A stretch of DNA of 10,686 bases from assembly GCA_048941015.1 (NCBI GenBank), contig JBHLNZ010000084.1, forward strand, positions 1-10,686, read 5' to 3'. Positions 7,499 through 10,686 of this stretch are shown here, piece after piece (the first letter of the stretch is position 1; every line of letters starts with the position of its first letter). The stretch comes from Promethearchaeota archaeon. GTDB taxonomy: Archaea; Asgardarchaeota; Lokiarchaeia; Sigyniarchaeales; SOKP01. The translations under genes and the position numbers were made by a program. The notes under the pieces were generated by a model. The model did not search any database. It was not told the origin of the DNA and saw only the letters and a program-made list of their open reading frames with translations.

Positions 7499-8683
7499 TT
7501 AACTTAATTTTTTATATTCTTCTAAAATTTTATGTGCAACATCACCAGTAGTCCCAAATTTTCCTTCCTTCCGATAATTTGGCGGAACTGCGTCTTTAGG
7601 TAAATAACTCCAACTTTTTTCTATATTTAATCCACCAATAATTGTTTTTTCAATAGCTTTCATCAATCCTTTCGATTCTTTCTCATAACCTAAATAATCA
7701 AGCATCATTGTTGCTGAGATTATAGTCCCAATAGGATTTGCGATCTTTTCGCCTGCAATATCAGGAGCAGAGCCATGAGTTGGTTCAAAATACGGAATAT
7801 TTAGTCCATATACTCCTGATCCTGCTATTCCTAGTCCTCCTACTATTTGTGCTGCTTCATCAGATAAGATATCACCCATCATATTAGGTATAACAATAGT
7901 ATCATGGTAATCTGGAAATCTAATCAATCTAGCAGCAAAATCATCTACAATATATGTTTCTACTTGAAGTTCGGGATATTCCTTTTTAACTATCTCTTTA
8001 ATTCTTTTTATAAACATTCCATCTTGTTGACGAAAAATATTCGGTTTACATACGATTTCAAGCAAACCCTTTCCGATTCCTTCATCTTTACGCTTTATAC
8101 ATACTTCACAAGCCACTCGTCCTACTCTGTCTGTTGCTCTAGGAGATACTACTCTGAAACTATATATAGCATCCTCAGTCCATCTTTCTATATCTGGTTT
8201 ATAAATCAATCCTTTTTTGATTAATTTCGTTAATTTTCCTTCCTTGCCCGTAGCAGCATAGCATCCTTCTGTACATTCTCTTATAAAAATGTAATCAATA
8301 TTATCAACTAAATCTTGTTTTAGATTAGTATACATTCCTTTAAAATATTTTATAGGCCTTATATTGGCAAAATTACCTAACCCCCATCGTAAATATGCTA
8401 TAACTTGTACTGCAGATTCATGAGTTGCGCCAAATAAAACAGCGTCAGAATTATCAACTGCCTCTTTTGTTTCTGGTGGAAATGCGTTACCATAAGTTTC
8501 TATAGCACTTTCTCCGCATGGCATTATTTTTATTTCTAAATCACTAATATTCATTCCTTCTAATATAAAAACAGTCGCATTTACTACTTCAGGGCCTATT
8601 CCATCCCCCCCAAGTGCTATTACCTTTTTTAGCGATTTATTAATTTTAGGACTTTTTAAAATATTTCGACGTTCATTTTCCAT
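7499..8683 (-). CDS. leuB: Isocitrate/isopropylmalate (beta-decarboxylating) dehydrogenase family, archaeal LeuB/AksF-like
   Basis: GDGIGPEV, LFGA, LR...FANIRP, RECTEGCY, KPN, NMMGDILSDEAAQIVGGLG and FEPTHGSAPDIAG..IANP. The symbol is family-level only. Confidence 0.9.
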   Translation of the reverse strand: MENERRNILKSPKINKSLKKVIALGGDGIGPEVVNATVFILEGMNISDLEIKIMPCGESAIETYGNAFPPETKEAVDNSDAVLFGATHESAVQVIAYLRWGLGNFANIRPIKYFKGMYTNLKQDLVDNIDYIFIRECTEGCYAATGKEGKLTKLIKKGLIYKPDIERWTEDAIYSFRVVSPRATDRVGRVACEVCIKRKDEGIGKGLLEIVCKPNIFRQQDGMFIKRIKEIVKKEYPELQVETYIVDDFAARLIRFPDYHDTIVIPNMMGDILSDEAAQIVGGLGIAGSGVYGLNIPYFEPTHGSAPDIAGEKIANPIGTIISATMMLDYLGYEKESKGLMKAIEKTIIGGLNIEKSWSYLPKDAVPPNYRKEGKFGTTGDVAHKILEEYKKLS

Positions 8684-8734
8684 AAAATCAATTCTCTTTT
8701 TATTTTTCTTTAGATTTTAATAAAAACTTTAAAG

Positions 8735-9271
8735 TTAATCTGCCTCTTCTTTTAGCTCGGAAAGAAGCACTTCAATCAAACCTTTTTTCTTTAAAATTTT
8801 AAGTAAAATTGGATGAATTGCTTTTCCTTTAAATGTCTCACCAGATTTTAAATTTTTAACTTCTGCTTTAGGTATATTTAATTCAACCACATCTCCTGTT
8901 TGAAATTGTTTTGAAATATTTTCTATTTCAATAACTGGAAGTCCTCGAGCAATTGAGGAACGATAGAATATACGAGCAAAGCTCTCAGAAATAATTGCAA
9001 CTATTCCCTTCTCCTGTAGTATTGCTGGAGCTGTTTCTCTACTTGAACCACATCCAAAGTTCCTACCAGCGATAATAATGTCCCCCTCTTTTACTTTCAT
9101 GGGAAATTCTTTAATTATTGTTTCACAGGTATGCGTTAATGTTGCCTCTAAATCATCTAAATATTGACCTGGAGATATAGCATCAGTATCTACATTATCT
9201 GGAAATAGCCAAACGTTTCCCTTTATAATATCTTCATAATCTTTAATAGGTTTTTTACTTACTATTGCCAT
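8735..9271 (-). CDS. leuD: 3-isopropylmalate dehydratase / homoaconitase small subunit
   Basis: DNVDTDAISPG, AGRNFGCGSSRE and SFARIFYR motifs; GAGGTGA RBS 4 nt before ATG. The symbol is family-level only. Confidence 0.92.
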   Translation of the reverse strand: MAIVSKKPIKDYEDIIKGNVWLFPDNVDTDAISPGQYLDDLEATLTHTCETIIKEFPMKVKEGDIIIAGRNFGCGSSRETAPAILQEKGIVAIISESFARIFYRSSIARGLPVIEIENISKQFQTGDVVELNIPKAEVKNLKSGETFKGKAIHPILLKILKKKGLIEVLLSELKEEAD

Positions 9272-9281
9272 TTAATCACCT

Positions 9282-10550
9282 CTAAAACTCTCTTGGGTCT
9301 GTTATTTCGCCATTTAAGGCAGAAGCCGCTACTGTAGCTGGAGATCCAAGATATATTTCAGCAGCATTGCTTCCCATCCTACCCTGAAAATTTCTATTCG
9401 AACTCGATATGCATTTCTCACTAGGAGCAAGTAATCCGCCATGTGCCCCAAAACAAGCACCACAATTCGGATTTGTTATTATTCCACCTGCTTTGATTAG
9501 TTTCTCAGCTACACCCGATTTCGCAGCTTTTAACCAAGTTTCTTGCGATGCGGGAGTTATTATCATTCTTACATTGGGGTGTATTTTTTTTCCATCTATA
9601 ATTTTCGCTGCAATTTCTAAGTCTTCAAATCTTCCATTTGTACAGGATCCTAAAAATGCTTGGTTTATTTTTGTTCCTGCAACCTCGGATACAGGTTTAA
9701 CATTATCTATCGTATGTGGACATGAAACTTGAGGCTCTAAATCATTAACTTCTATTTCATATCTTTTTTCATAATTTGCATCTTCATCTGGTTTAATTAA
9801 TTCAAGTGAATTTTTTGTTCGATCTTTTAACCAATTAATTATCTTCTGATCGGGAATTCCAAAAGCAAATTTAGCCCCTAATTCTAATGCAAAATTAGAC
9901 ATAGTCATCCGAGATGCTATAGTTAAACTTTCCATAGTATTTCCAGAAAATTCAATTGATTTATATCTAGCTACCTCTGAAGTATAATCTCCTGCAATCT
10001 TAATTATTATATCTTTACTCATAACATTGTATGGTAATTTGCCATTAATCTCAAATTTGATTGATTGGGGAATTCTAAACCATAATTTTCCAGTCACATA
10101 AGCATAAAACAGATCTGTATTACCAACTCCACAACCAGCTGCATTAAAAGCTCCATAAGTTGTAGTATGACTATCTCCTCCAATTATAAGCATCCCAGGC
10201 TTAACAAAACCTTTTTCTGGTAAAACTTGATGACATATACCTTCTCTAATGTCATAAAAGTTTTTAATTCCTTGTTTTTTCACAAATTTACGGATAAGAT
10301 CATGAACCGCTGCCCACTTTTCTGTTGGCGCTGGAGCATAGTGATCAAATAGAACGACAATTTTGTTCGGATCAAAAACTTTTCTCTTCTTTGGTGGACG
10401 TATCTTTTGAAAATCTAAAAAGACTTTTGCGGTTCCAATATGACTCATTATTAAATCGACATTGGCAAAAATAATATCATTTATTTTCACATCTTTCCCA
10501 GATAAGGAATGAGATCCAAGTATTTTTTCAGCAATCGTTTTTCCACTCAA
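9282..10550 (-). CDS. leuC: 3-isopropylmalate dehydratase / homoaconitase large subunit (4Fe-4S)
   Basis: GKTIAEKIL, FDH, GICHQV, GDSHTTTYGA, FLGSCTNGR, PNCGACFG, SNRNFQGRMG and YLGSPATVAASA; all three cluster Cys present; TTG start. The symbol is family-level only. Confidence 0.94.
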   Translation of the reverse strand: MSGKTIAEKILGSHSLSGKDVKINDIIFANVDLIMSHIGTAKVFLDFQKIRPPKKRKVFDPNKIVVLFDHYAPAPTEKWAAVHDLIRKFVKKQGIKNFYDIREGICHQVLPEKGFVKPGMLIIGGDSHTTTYGAFNAAGCGVGNTDLFYAYVTGKLWFRIPQSIKFEINGKLPYNVMSKDIIIKIAGDYTSEVARYKSIEFSGNTMESLTIASRMTMSNFALELGAKFAFGIPDQKIINWLKDRTKNSLELIKPDEDANYEKRYEIEVNDLEPQVSCPHTIDNVKPVSEVAGTKINQAFLGSCTNGRFEDLEIAAKIIDGKKIHPNVRMIITPASQETWLKAAKSGVAEKLIKAGGIITNPNCGACFGAHGGLLAPSEKCISSSNRNFQGRMGSNAAEIYLGSPATVAASALNGEITDPREF

Positions 10551-10686
10551 TTAATACCACCAAAATATTAATTTAAAATTTTAAATTCTTCAAGTTTATT
10601 CTTATTTAACTTTTTTTCTGTATTTAAAGTATTTAGTTAAATCTTATAAAAATCTTAATAGAAAATAAGGTTCAATAAAAAGAAAT
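10551..10686 (-). promoter_or_regulatory. Putative promoter region of the leuCD-leuB-like operon
   Basis: AT-rich and non-coding. Minus strand reads GAAAAAAAG-TTAAATAA (10618-10602; BRE/TATA-like). An 18-bp palindrome lies at 10570-10587. Confidence 0.4.

Noticed and set aside
7904-8224. 106-aa + strand ORF
   Set aside because: Antisense to the dehydrogenase; Phe/Tyr/Ser-rich shadow of an A-rich coding strand.
9409-9732. 107-aa + strand ORF
   Set aside because: Antisense in-register shadow of the leuC-like gene.
6267-10550. Plain leucine (leuABCD) or coenzyme B (aksADEF) biosynthesis call
   Set aside because: Not excluded, but the synthase lacks the LeuA regulatory domain and several consensus residues, LeuD has neither the YLV nor the YLRT loop, and no supporting pathway genes are in view, so only family-level names are given.
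1-10686. CRISPR arrays, tRNA/rRNA genes, IS elements
   Set aside because: No spaced repeats, GC-rich structured RNA, transposase or terminal inverted repeats seen; the window is almost entirely coding.

Overview
AT-rich (roughly 30% GC by eye), gene-dense window that looks archaeal: GGTGA/GGAGG ribosome-binding sites, many TTG starts and archaeal-type enzymes. An Asgard/Lokiarchaeia-like origin is a guess. It starts with the 3' end of a UroD/MtaA-family gene (+), convergent with an EamA transporter (-). The rest is one compact metabolic cluster with three parts. (i) A minus-strand operon for a four-subunit 2-oxoacid:ferredoxin oxidoreductase in delta-alpha-beta-gamma order, followed by an FrhB-PyrK fusion flavoprotein. 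The delta gene at 5826..6107 is missing from the ORF track and appears to start at ATA. (ii) A divergently transcribed, strongly diverged DRE-TIM (homocitrate/isopropylmalate/citramalate synthase-like) enzyme. (iii) A convergent minus-strand leuC-leuD-leuB-like operon. Together these give a condensation, isomerisation, oxidative decarboxylation and acyl-CoA-forming decarboxylation route, chemically like the oxidative half of the TCA cycle, with its own redox adaptor. Almost every enzyme keeps its cofactor-binding motifs but has non-canonical residues at substrate-determining positions, suggesting a dedicated pathway for an unidentified 2-oxoacid. Motif comparisons are from recalled family consensus, not from database searches.
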